A stretch of DNA of 64,000 bases, from positions 672,001 to 736,000 of the forward strand of contig CAVSTP010000003.1 in NCBI GenBank assembly GCA_963730935.1. The letters are read 5' to 3'. Made by a program: the position numbers and the translations under genes. The notes beneath the pieces are model-generated. The model did no database searches. It saw only the letters and a list, made by a program, of their open reading frames with translations, and was not told the DNA's origin. How positions within the stretch are numbered: position 1 is the stretch's first letter; each line of letters starts with the position of its first letter. This DNA is from an uncultured Nitrospiraceae bacterium (GTDB lineage Bacteria > Nitrospirota > Nitrospiria > Nitrospirales > Nitrospiraceae). Shown one piece after another: positions 1 to 10,684 of this stretch.

Positions 1-513
1 GGAACTTCTCTTTCGCGGCGTACGAAGCGATCTATATTCCTACCGGTCCTTACAGCACCACCAACCCGCTCAATCTCAACCGGGGATACTGGAGCTTTGA
101 CACGAATGTCGCATTGACCTGGTTCAATGAAAAGTCAGGGACGGAACTTTCTGCGACGGCTGGCCTGATGGCCAATACCGAGAATACGCACACCGACTAC
201 CACACCGGCACCGAATTCCACCTCGAATACGTCCTCAATCAATTCGTGACCGATTTCCTGTCCGTCGGTCTGCATGGCTACTACTATGACCAGATCGCCG
301 ATGACCGGCCGGGTCCCTCGACAACCGCCGCCCTCAACCTACTGAATCTGAGCGCAAGCGACCTGAGGAGCACGTCTCATGGACTCGGTCCCCAAGTCAA
401 CTGGGTCGTGAATGACAAGCTTCATCTTATCCTTCTCATGGATCCATGACCTCTACACTCACTACCGTATGCCGTCGGACTACTTCTACCTCAATACGTA
501 CATCACATTTTGA
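1..513 (+). CDS. SphA/MetA-pathway-like outer-membrane beta-barrel transporter, 5'-truncated by the window edge, one frameshift near 435
   Basis: Frame 3 from position 3 reads NFSFAAYEAIYIPTGPYSTTNPLNLNRGYWSFD...YHTGTEFHLEY...VGLHGYYYDQI. After a shift near 435 it continues WIHDLYTHYRMPSDYFYLNTYITF* (TGA 511-513), ending in Phe as OMPs do. Confidence 0.7.
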
Positions 514-574
514 TACGTAGGTGATTGGATGATGACCTGGGCCATCACGTTGCGGATCGAGCTCAAGGAGGATT

Positions 575-1361
575 GTGCCACAGATCTGCGACCTGCGCGG
601 GGCTGCTGTGTCCTGTGTCTGCATGCTGTCGGGTTGCCCCGGGGCGGAATATCTCTGGGAAGTCAGAACCGAGTCCACGACAAGGCCCCCTTCATTCAAT
701 CCCGCCGTCTTCGAGCAACAACCTGTGGCGGTGCTGGAAGCGCTTACCTGCACCGGGTCTCCATGGTAATGAGGTCGGTCTCACGCTCTCCCTCAGTCGT
801 AGTCTGAAACAGAATCGAACCGAAGTGGAAACTGGTGTACCCCCAAGAGACAGCGACCCGAATCAATCAGGAGGGATTGGCGGCCGAGTACACGCGCATG
901 AGGACGGATTACGAGCGAAGTGACATCCTGGATCGTGAGCCACTGCGGAAAATCGGGGCCGCGCTCGGGGCGCGCTACGTCTTCCAACCCCGGTTGGCGT
1001 CTTTCACTCAGATGCTCTACGAGCGTTGGGAATTTCCAGGACTGAATGTGAAGGTCTTGCGAACTCGCGTCGAGCATCCTACGCATGTCATTACAGTTGT
1101 GGGACACAGAAACTGGCGAGTTGATATGGGCTTCAGCAGCGGAGGCCGCCTTCCAGGAGGAAGCGTTATTTGATGGCCCAGTATACCTTCGGGAGGCGGG
1201 ACTCAATTACCTGGGGCAGCATTATCTCAGATTTAACGCATAACAGGACGGCCTTCCGGTACACGCCGGCGGACGCCCTACTTGATGCGCTGAGTGGACC
1301 AGATGGTGTCGACGAGGACTCAGCTAGCAACAACCCTGCAGAGTCCTCGGGAGGCAAATAG
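575..1361 (+). CDS. Putative lipoprotein, paralogue of 13789..14565, split by several frameshifts
   Basis: Fragments LSGC...WEVRTES...SFNP / PGLHGNEVGL / RYVFQPRLASFTQMLYERWEFPGL / WGSIISD align in order with the 13789..14565 protein. The start is uncertain. Confidence 0.65.
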
Positions 1362-1624
1362 AATGTTCTCTGACGGTGCGCTCGCATGACGAAGGTTCAC
1401 TTCACCCCTGTCCCACTACATGGAAAAGATTAAACGCAGGATTGCGGACGAACAGCAACTTCAAATCAAACACCATCCACGAAAGAGCAAACGACTATGC
1501 ACCCCATGAATCGTCGCGATGCGACGCCGCAAGAAGAGGCTCTAGGCGGCAAATGGGCCGCGCCGAAGGTAAAGGGAGCTGAGTGAAATACCCGGATCAA
1601 ACGACGACCCATAGGAGACCGATC

Positions 1625-3115
1625 ATGAACATTAAATACCCAAAACACTTTATCACCGGAGCTGCAGGGCTAGGGCTCGTCGTCACGCTCGTAGCCGCCA
1701 ACGCGCTGGCGCAGACGCCCGAGACGCGTCGAAACCCGCATCGGCGAGCTGAAGTTCGAGCGGGGCTACCCCACCGAAGAGACCACGCGAAAAGTCTTCG
1801 ACGAGATGGACTACCAGCGGCCGTGCAAGCCTACTTGTGGGCCTACCCGGCCGTTTCGTTCGAGTCGATCCGGATTGGAGTCAAGCGGGACCTCGGCCTC
1901 GACTACAACGAATTCACCATCGCCGACAAACTCGCCGACGCCAAGTCCGTCTGGCTCACGGCGAACGACAGCACGGTCTATGCCTTGACGCTCGTCGATC
2001 TTGGGAAATCTGGACCGATGGTGGTTGATGTCCCGCCCGGCGCCATCGTGGGCCTGATCGACGACTACTGGCAGCGCTCGCTCACCGACCTGGGCCTGCC
2101 CGGTCCCGATGGCGACAAAGGCGGAAAGTTTCTCCTCCTGCCCCCCGGCTACAAGGGCGAGGTTCCCGAAGGAAGGCTACCACGTCCTGCAGGGGACGAT
2201 GAACGACTACAACGTCATGGTCCGCGGCATCGCGGTGAAGGGCGACTTCGCCGGTGCGGTGCAGGTCGTCAACAAGATGAATGTCTACCCGTGGAGTGAA
2301 CGCGACAATCCCAAACCGGCCAAGTTCGTTTCCTTCTCGGGGAAGGTGATGGATACCCTTCCGCCAGGCGGCATCGAATACTGGGCGCGGCTTTCTGCGT
2401 TCATCAACAACAACCCCGTTCAGGAGCGCGACCGTTTTTTCATGGCGATGCTCAAGCCGTTGGGCATCGAGAAAGGCAAGCCGTTCAAGCCCGACGCGCG
2501 GCAGCGAGCATCCTCGAAGACGCGGCCCGGATCGGCGACGCCATGGGCCGCGTGATGCTCTTCGAGGGAGAGCAGCGCATCAACAGGGCCAACGCCTTTC
2601 GCGGCACTAAGTGGAACTGGGTGGTCCTCAACAGTCCCGACCAGGAAACCGAAAACTACAGCCAGCTCGACGAACGGCTGCACTACACCTACGGTGCCAT
2701 CTACACGTCGCCCTACATCGGAGTCGAAGAAGCCCGGCCCCGGGTCGGAGTACGTCCAGGCCTTCAAGGACAAGGACGGCAATCGCCTCGACGGCGGCAA
2801 GTCCTACCGCCTGCACGTGCCGGCGAACGTACCGGCCGCGACCTTCTGGTCGCTGACGATCTACGACACCGCGACTCGCTCCATGCTTCAGAACCCGAGC
2901 GGTGACGCCGCCCACTCGTCCTACGACAAACTCAAGACCAACGCGGACGGCTCGATTGACCTTTACTTCGGGCCCAAGGCCCCCGCCGGCCAGGAGAGCA
3001 ACTGGACCGAGACGGTTCCCGGCAAAGGCTTCTATCCGATGTTCCGCTTCTACACCCCAAAGAGGGCGTGTTTGACGGGACATGGAAGCTGCCGGACGTC
3101 GAGTTGATGAAATAA
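1625..3115 (+). CDS. DUF1254/DUF1214 periplasmic protein, frameshifted in several places
   Basis: Signal peptide, then TANDSTVY, GPDGDKGGKFLLLPPGY, DKDGNRLDGGKSYRLHVPANVPAATFWSLTIYD, NADGSIDLYFGP and WKLPDVELMK* across ORFs 1583-2299, 2109-2555, 2543-2905 and 2694-3107. RBS GGAG upstream. Confidence 0.85.
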
Positions 3116-3266
3116 CGAAGACGAAACGACAGCCATGAAGTGCAAGTAGGCACCGAACCCACTATTAAAAAAGGAGACCCGGAAAATCGCACAACATTCA
3201 GTTCAGTCGGCAGTCGCTGGTGCTGCCAGTTACGCCCATGTCGAGCGGATCGGCTTTGGTATCTGC

Positions 3267-3887
3267 ATGATCGTAGCGCCCATCTTTATGCTCGGAGCGG
3301 CATTCCTTCACCCAGCGCATGGGATCGAGGGTACGCAGTACTACCACGCCGCGCATGACTATTCCCCGCGGTTCTACGTGGCCCACACGCTGTTCTTCCT
3401 CGCAGCGGTCCTCTTCGTGCCCGCTATCGTCGGGCTGGCGCGCTTGGTGCACGCCCGCCATCCCAAGGCGGCCTTTTGGGGCTGCACGCTTTCGCTCATG
3501 GGCTTCATCGGCTTTGGGGCGTTGGACGGCGCGGACTACTTTGCCTGGGTGGCTGGGAATCCGGACAATGCGCTGGACCCAGCAATGATGCAAAAATTCA
3601 TCGAGACCGCGCTGACCAGTATGTCCATCCTGATCCCGATCATGCTGGTCTTCAGCCTGCTCCCGATCGGTCTTGGTGTGCTCGCTGTCGGAACGGCCCG
3701 AGGAGGCATCCTTCCCACCTGGCTCGCTGTGTTGATGCCGGTAGGCATGTTCGGCATAGCATCTTTTCTTGAATATCCGATCCCGCTGGTCCTGTCAGGC
3801 CTCGCCCTGCTCGCGAGCTTCGGGACGGTCGGTGTGAGGCTGCTGAAGGATTCGAATGGGATGCAATCTCAGGCGGCCCCGGTCTGA
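3267..3887 (+). CDS. Multi-pass membrane protein (DUF4386-like); true start probably further upstream
   Basis: 206-aa ORF with about six hydrophobic segments; the frame stays open upstream towards an AAGGAG near 3171. Confidence 0.6.
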   Translation: MIVAPIFMLGAAFLHPAHGIEGTQYYHAAHDYSPRFYVAHTLFFLAAVLFVPAIVGLARLVHARHPKAAFWGCTLSLMGFIGFGALDGADYFAWVAGNPDNALDPAMMQKFIETALTSMSILIPIMLVFSLLPIGLGVLAVGTARGGILPTWLAVLMPVGMFGIASFLEYPIPLVLSGLALLASFGTVGVRLLKDSNGMQSQAAPV

Positions 3888-4009
3888 AGAGCCCTGCAGC
3901 GGATTTCCGAAAGGGCCTCAACGCTTGCCGGCGTGAAGAGCGTTACAGCTTTTATGCGAAGGCCGGTCCGCCAAGGGAGCTCTCGAGCTGGTCAATCAAA
4001 GGTGAGATT

Positions 4010-5012
4010 ATGAAGATCAAACACGCTCATTCCATCATCGCCGCCGCTCTCTTTTGCGGGCTGGCTGTCACGACGAACGTCGCGCAGTCTGCCGACCCGC
4101 TGCCATCCTGGAACGATGGCAAGTCGAAGCAGTCCATCCTGACTTTCATATCAAAGGTCACCGAGAAGGGCTCGCCGGATTTCGTCCCGCCCGCCGAACG
4201 CATCGCCACGTTCGACAACGACGGCACGCTGTGGACCGAGCAACCCTTGTATTTCCAGCTTCAATTCGCGCATCGACCGAATCAAGGAGCTGGCTCCGCA
4301 GCACCCCGAGTGGAAGGACACAGAGCCTTTCAAATCGGTCCTCGCGGGGGATCTCCAAGCCGCGTTTGCGGGCGGTGCAAAATCGCTGGTCGAGATTGCG
4401 GGTGCCGGTAATGCAAACATAACGCCCGAAGAGTTCGATCGAATCGTAAAAACATGGGCCGCGACGGCAACGCACCCGAAGACGGGGCGGCTATATACCG
4501 AGATGGTGTATCAGCCGATGCTCGAAGTGCTGGCCCACCTTCGAGCCAATGGTTTCAAGACGTACATCACCTCAGGTGGCGGTGTCGATTTCATGCGCGC
4601 GTTTGCGGAACGCGTGTATGGCATTCCGCCCGAACAGGTGATCGGCAGTGTGGGCGAGGTCAACTTTGAGATGCGCGACGGCAAGCCCGTGCTGATCAGG
4701 CAAGCGGCCCTGGCTTTCTTTGACGACAATGTATTCAAACCCGTCGCGATACACCGGAACATAGGCCGGCGGCCGATCGCCGCGTTCGGCAACTCTGACG
4801 GCGACCTGCAGATGCTGCAGTGGACGTGTGCTGGTTCTGGCACGCGTTTTTGCCTTTTTGTTCGCCATACGGACGGCGATCGCGAGTGGAACTACGACGT
4901 CACGCCGCTTGGCCGTCTTGAAAAGGGCCTGGAAGAAGCCAAGGCGAAAGGCTGGACCGTCGTCGATATGAAGAACGACTGGAAGGTAATTTATCCGTTC
5001 GAGAAAAAGTAG
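4010..5012 (+). CDS. Exported HAD-family hydrolase (acid-phosphatase-like), frameshift near 4271
   Basis: DPLPSWND, motif I FDNDGTLW, VYQPMLE, SGGG, AFGNSDGDLQML, WTVVDMKNDW. Removing one C at about 4271 joins the two ORFs. Confidence 0.85.
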
Positions 5013-5049
5013 ATCACGTGAGTAGATCGCTGCATTTAGCTCAAAACGC

Positions 5050-5180
5050 GGCGAAGGCTTTCTACCCAAAGATGCGGTTCTGCAGCCCCAAAGAGAGCGT
5101 GTTCGACGGGAGATGGGAGCTGCCGGACGTCGAGTTGATGAAGGAATGAAAGACGAAACGACGACAACCATGAAGTACAA
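5050..5180 (+). repeat. Relic copy of the 3' end and downstream flank of the DUF1254/DUF1214 gene (3021-3145)
   Basis: Reads GEGFYPKMRFCSPKESVFDGRWELPDVELMKE* versus GKGFYPMFRFYTPKEGVFDGTWKLPDVELMK*. The flank aagacgaaacgac...ccatgaagt is also shared. Confidence 0.85.
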
Positions 5181-5246
5181 GGAGCCATAATAAAAACCAC
5201 ACAGCCCCATCCTGATGACCACTGGCGCAACAAGGAGAAACCTTGT

Positions 5247-5783
5247 ATGAAAACAACAGAGCCACACACACTCGCCCAGCTTGGGTGGAAATACATCGTT
5301 TGGGGTCTGGGCCTGTTCCTCACAGGGTTTCTGACTGGCTTCATCCCGATCCTCCATTACGTGCCCGGCGCACAATCGGGAGATGTCGGCCCGGTTTTTC
5401 TCAAGAACGTGACACTGTGGTGGGGTTGCCCGGCGGTGCTGGCGGAGCTCACGCTGAAAACCGGCAGTTTGGGCATGATGGCGATCGGATTCGCTTATCT
5501 CGCAATGGGCCAGCAAGGTCCGACAGCACTGACAAGTCGCGAGCGAATCGCCCCGACGCTGTGTGGGTACGGGCTCATCGCTGAACTCGTGACCGCTGGC
5601 GTCTTCTTTGTCGTGTGCAACCTCATCTGGCCGAACTTCTATTTCGAGCCCGTTCAGGCGGGAAAGAATGTATGGCTCGTGGTGCAGGGCATCAGCATTG
5701 CCGTCTATGTTGTGGGTGTTATGTTTGCTTTTTCTAGCATCCGCAATCGGTCGACAGCTCTTGTGCCGGCTATGGCCCGGTGA
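5247..5783 (+). CDS. Hypothetical membrane protein (about 4 TM)
   Basis: 178-aa ORF with AAGGAG RBS and hydrophobic segments. Confidence 0.65.
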   Translation: MKTTEPHTLAQLGWKYIVWGLGLFLTGFLTGFIPILHYVPGAQSGDVGPVFLKNVTLWWGCPAVLAELTLKTGSLGMMAIGFAYLAMGQQGPTALTSRERIAPTLCGYGLIAELVTAGVFFVVCNLIWPNFYFEPVQAGKNVWLVVQGISIAVYVVGVMFAFSSIRNRSTALVPAMAR

Positions 5784-5897
5784 GGTTTAGAGATGATCGA
5801 CCGTACACTTAACTGTTCACGAGTCTTGCAACCACGTCTGAAACGACTGTGGTCTCGACGTTGACTAGTCCTATCGACGATCCATAGGAGACCGATC

Positions 5898-7525
5898 ATG
5901 AAGATTAAACACAAAAACAGCTTTATCCCCGCCACCGCGCTGTCGCTCATCGTCACGGCAATGACTGCCGGCGCACAAGGGGCGGACATCCCAAGTCCGT
6001 CACCACGCCGGACACCGTCGAGACGCGCCTCGGCACGCTCAATTTCAAGGACGGCGTGCCCGACGCCGCCACGACACAAAAACTATATGACGAGTTGGAT
6101 TACATCCATGCGGTGGATGCCTTTATCAACGGATACCCGTTGGTGAACCAACTGGCCCTCCGCAAAGGATTCATCGCGGCAGGCATCAACGACAACGAAT
6201 TCATGGTGACGCCGAACTTGATGGATTCAAAGTCGCTGTTTCTGACCGCCAATGCCGACACCTACTATTTCTGGGGTTATCTCGATCTGACCAAGGGACC
6301 CCTGGTGGTGGAAACGCCTCCCGGCGCACTGGGTATTTTCGATGACATGACCTGGAAATGGATTTGTGATTTTGGATTGCCCGGCCCCGACCGGGGCGAA
6401 GGTGGAAAATATCTGCTGGTTCCGCCGGGCTACGACGGCGCGCTGCCCGAAGGCGGCTATTTCGTCGGCCACTCGAACACCTGGCAGGTCTCCTGTTTGG
6501 GCCGCTTGTTTCTGCAGAACAACGATCCCAAGCCGGTCGATGACGATCGTCAAGAAAACGCTCAAGATCTATCCCTATGTGCCCGGCGGCATGGGATCGA
6601 GCATCGGCAATTATTTGAACGGACAAGGCGAGCTGGGACCACTCAGCACACCGGTGTCGCCGAGGTTCGTGGATGGCACATCGAAAGTGATGAACACCAT
6701 CCCGCCGGCTGACGATACCTATTTTGAATTTCTCAACGAAGTGATTCAAACGCAACCCGCGGGAGCGGTGGACCCTGAAATCGCCGGACAATGTGCGGCC
6801 ATCGGGATTGTCAAAGGCAAACCTTTCAATCCGGATGCCCGGATGAAGAAAATTCTCACCGACGCGGTCGCCGTCGCCAACGCCGCCAGCCGTGCCGTAA
6901 CCTTCAATGCGCGCGCACGAAGAAGGCTTCAATTATTACGGCGCCGACATCCAACTGGGTGAACTCCCTGTTCACCGGCGGTTATGAATTCATGACGCCG
7001 CCACCCGAAGTCACCGAAGGAAGGCGTCAAGCCCTATCCGAGCGATGGCGCCCGCAAGCTCAATGCCCGCATCTGGTTTTTCTATCTGGCCACCGGCATC
7101 ACGCCGGCGATGTGCATGCGACTCGACCAACGTCGGTTCGCAATATCTGGCGGTCTATCTCGATAGCAAGGACGTGCCCTTTGATGGCGGCAAGACCTAT
7201 CAAGGTCACGCTGCCGAAGGACATTCCCGCTGCCAGGTTCTGGTCGTTTACCGTCTATGACAATCAAACGCGCTCGATGCTGGACACACCGCAGCGCTAT
7301 CCGCGTGCAGGCAGCCAGAGCTATCCTTCGCCCGCAGCAAAAGCCAATGCCGATGGATCGACGACGGTATACTTTGGTCCCACGCAGCCCAATGGTGTCG
7401 ATCGCGGCAACTGGATTCAAACCACACCCGGCAAAGGCTGGTGTGCGTTGCTGCGGTTGTACAGCCCGCTGAAGCCATTCTTCGACAAGAGTTGGCGGGC
7501 AGGAGAAATTGAATTTGTCAAGTGA
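5898..7525 (+). CDS. Second DUF1254/DUF1214 periplasmic protein, frameshifted in several places
   Basis: LFLTANADTYY, GPDRGEGGKYLLVPPGYDG, IGIVKGKPFNPDARMK, FWSFTVYDNQTRSML, NADGSTTVYFGP, LRLYSPL spread over ORFs 5898-6146, 6056-6712, 6366-6962 and 6791-7525. Confidence 0.85.
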
Positions 7526-7747
7526 GCAGTCGCGATTAGCCAAGGAAGCGATCATTGGCAAGCTTCGATGAAAGCATCGAATTCGACAACCGAATAAGTG
7601 ATGCTGTGCTTCGCATAGACAGTCAAAGGTATTCCTGTAGACTCGCGGCCGCTGTAATTCCGTTAAGGCAGAACCGCCTGTTCAAAAGTGACGCCCGAGA
7701 GAACCGCGCCCGAAAGACATCCATTAATTCAATGAGGAGGAAAGCTC

Positions 7748-8634
7748 ATGAATGAGTCGGCGTTGCTAAGAGCGGCACTGGTGCTGCTCATCGCCTCGAT
7801 AGGCTACTGACGTTTTCCTCGACCCCTGAAGGCTGAAGAAAAAAAAGCGGAAGAAAAAAGCGAAGCTCATTCCAGGATAAACTCATGATCCGCGGCGGTT
7901 GGGCCTATGTCTTCGGGGCCACCGCCAACGTGGCGGTTGGTGGTCCTCTCTTAGGGGTTGGGGCGAGCGTTGACTTCACGCAGACGTTGGGCGGAGACAG
8001 CAGCACCGATGCCTTCCGAATTGATACCCTCTACCGCTTCAACGAACGTCATGCTCTCGGATTTTCCTGGTATCGAGTGGGGTTGAGTGGAGATAAGCTC
8101 CTCACCCAGTCAATTCAAATTCGCGACCAGATTGTCTCAGCCGGTGCTGCGACCCAAACCAGCTTGAGTTTTAACACCTATCGGCTGATTTATAACTACT
8201 CGTTCTACCGGAACGACAAGGTCGAATTGGCGGTGTCGCCTGGGCTTTACATGATGAAAACAAATTTTAATTTCGCAGGACAGGGCGCCATTACTCCGCC
8301 AGGAGGAGGTACTGCTACGCCTGGTAGCGTCATCATCGTGAATGAACAACTGACGCTTCCGCTTCCATCCATTGGTCTGGTCGCGAACTACAACATTACG
8401 CCGAAATTGCAATTTCAAAGCCGCTACGACGTTTTCTACCTGTCAATCGGCAATTACGCCGGCTCGATGTTTGAGTTCTACGCCGGTCTCGAATATCGGA
8501 TCGTTCAACATTTCTCTATGGGCGCTGCCTATGACCGTCTGCAGGCCGAGTTGAGAGGCAATGGGCATGAAGGCTTTAGCGCGAACTTCAGCTATAACCT
8601 GTTGTACCTGTATGCAACCGTTTATCTGTTCTAA
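7748..8634 (+). CDS. Outer-membrane beta-barrel protein; N-terminus disrupted around 7810-7870 (A-runs)
   Basis: GAGGAGG RBS and ATG at 7748 with a signal-peptide-like start. The 7885..8634 ORF has alternating beta strands and ends YATVYLF. Confidence 0.7.
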
Positions 8635-8866
8635 CCGGCGTTTAATGGGCGCCGCTATGATGGCGGTCCGGAGGTCGAGAGGAAGACTCTGGTGATTCTC
8701 ATTTTATGGTGCAAGAGAGAGCGAACATAGACGCTCTGCCGGCTCGGTGTCCTGAGTATCCACTACCATCACACGTCAGCTTGCGGCGTCCCTCTTCCTT
8801 CCATTCGCCTACATCAATTCCGAAACAACACACAGGTGCGTCATGAATGTAAAAGGAGGGCGGGTC

Positions 8867-10678
8867 ATGAAACACTTTCAGCTCCATGTGCGCCTTGTCG
8901 TAATCATAGCGCTCGTTGTGGCAATTGGCGCTCTGTGGTCAGCCCCGTTGCAGGCAGAATCGGATACCGCACAGCCGACCTTGAAGGAGATCCTCGAGAA
9001 GAGATCGAAGGACAAGGGTGGGATAGATACCGCTGCGCCTAATGTCCCGGACGATCCACTGGGCCGCGGGACGCCGCGGTCGAGCGTGAGGGGGTTCCTC
9101 GCAGCGGCGAAAGACCGCAACTATGTTCAAGCCGCCGAATACCTGGATCTCCGTAACCTGCCGCCGAGTCTCACTGAAAGTCAGGGACCTGAATTGGCAC
9201 GTCAGCTGAGAATCGTCCTCGACCGAACACTCTGGATCGACCTGGAAGTGCTGAGCACAAACCCTGAGGGAGAACAGAGCGATAATCTGCCTGTCGTTCG
9301 GGAACGGATCGGACGGATTTCGGCCGAAGGTAAAACCTATGACCTCCTCTTGCAACGTGTTCCGCGAGGCGACGGTGTGTACATCTGGAAATTCGCCGAC
9401 GTGACCGTCGCAGAGATCCCCGACCTCTATCAGCAGTTCGGATATGGCCAGCTCGAACGGTTCTTCCCGCCGTGGATGTTCGACGTGTCGATCCTCGGCA
9501 TTAACCTCTGGTTGTGGGCTGCGGTCATCGGCCTGGCAATCGTACTCTACCCGGTTGCGATGCTCGTGACCAGGCTGGCCGCCAGCGTCCTCCGTCTCGC
9601 CAATGCCGACCTGGCGAATCAGTTTGAGCGGCTCTTCAAAGGACCGGTCACGCTGTTGATTTGGACCGTCATGGTGAGGAACGCCGGCACTTTCCTGGGG
9701 TCGTCGATCGGGCTCAGCGCGCTTAATCAAGCCCGGACTGTTCAGGTGATCGGCCTTGCATGGTTATTGATGCGCGTCGTCGATTTTATGGCTCAGCGCG
9801 CTGGTGCCAACCTGGAACGGAAAGGTCTTGGAGGATCTCGGGTTCTGTTGATGCCTGTTGCCAGGTTGATCAAGTTTGTCGCCCTTGCCGGTGCCGTACT
9901 CCTGTGGCTGGACAACGCCGGTTACAAAGTGACCACTCTTTTGGCCGGCCTGAGCATCAGCGGCGTCGCCGTGGCCTTGGCGTCGCAAAAGAGCCTGGAA
10001 AATCTTTTCGGCGCGGTGACGCTCTTTACATCGAGACCCGTGAAGGTCGGAGACTTCTGTCGCTTCGGCGATACGATCGGTACGGTCGAAGAAATCGGCC
10101 TGCGCGCCACCAAGGTCCGGACCTTGGACCGGACGGTCATTACGGTCGCTAATGCGGAGTTTGCCAATCTTCATCTCGACAATTTCTCAGCCCGCGACCG
10201 GTTCTGGTATCATCCGACGCTCCAGTTACGGTACGAGACAACGCCCGATCAGATCCGCTACATTCTCGTGGAAGTCCGCAAAATGCTCTATGCACATCCT
10301 AAGATTGTGGCGGAGCCGCTCCATGTGCGCTTTAAGAGTTTCGGACAGTACTCATTGGATGTGGAAGTGTTCTCCTATATCGGAGTGACGGACTACGGCG
10401 AGTCGTTGGAAGTCGCCGAAGATCTGAACCTCAGAATCATGGACATCGTGAGCGCGTCAGGATCTGACTTTGCATTTCCGTCGGAAGTGCAGTACTCGTT
10501 GCCCGGGAAGCCGCTCGATGAGGAGCGCGCTAAGGCCGTCAGTCAGCAAGTTAAGGAGTGGAAAGCGAAGCGGGAACTCTATTTGCCGAACTTTCCTGCC
10601 GAGAAGATCGCGGCCATCAAGAACTCATTGGAGTATCCGGGCGAGGGCTCGCCGCAATTTTCACAGACGCGGGGTTGA
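8867..10678 (+). CDS. mscS: MscS-family mechanosensitive channel with large periplasmic N-terminal domain
   Basis: DPLGRGTPRSSVRGFL, LAGLSISGVAVALASQKSLENLFG, GTVEEIGLRATKVRTLDRT, DFAFPS; AAGGAGG RBS. Confidence 0.9.
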   Translation: MKHFQLHVRLVVIIALVVAIGALWSAPLQAESDTAQPTLKEILEKRSKDKGGIDTAAPNVPDDPLGRGTPRSSVRGFLAAAKDRNYVQAAEYLDLRNLPPSLTESQGPELARQLRIVLDRTLWIDLEVLSTNPEGEQSDNLPVVRERIGRISAEGKTYDLLLQRVPRGDGVYIWKFADVTVAEIPDLYQQFGYGQLERFFPPWMFDVSILGINLWLWAAVIGLAIVLYPVAMLVTRLAASVLRLANADLANQFERLFKGPVTLLIWTVMVRNAGTFLGSSIGLSALNQARTVQVIGLAWLLMRVVDFMAQRAGANLERKGLGGSRVLLMPVARLIKFVALAGAVLLWLDNAGYKVTTLLAGLSISGVAVALASQKSLENLFGAVTLFTSRPVKVGDFCRFGDTIGTVEEIGLRATKVRTLDRTVITVANAEFANLHLDNFSARDRFWYHPTLQLRYETTPDQIRYILVEVRKMLYAHPKIVAEPLHVRFKSFGQYSLDVEVFSYIGVTDYGESLEVAEDLNLRIMDIVSASGSDFAFPSEVQYSLPGKPLDEERAKAVSQQVKEWKAKRELYLPNFPAEKIAAIKNSLEYPGEGSPQFSQTRG

Positions 10679-10684
10679 CAGAAA

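Noticed and set aside
4572..5516. 314-aa minus-strand ORF (likewise 23931-24842, 37554-38534, 60715-61608, 61439-62416, 62932-63609)
   Set aside because: Antisense or out-of-frame shadows of well-supported genes in GC-rich DNA, with no recognisable motifs.
1625..7525. Programmed frameshifting or phase variation in the DUF1254 genes
   Set aside because: Too many shifts per gene, in mixed directions, and mostly not at slippery or simple-repeat sites.
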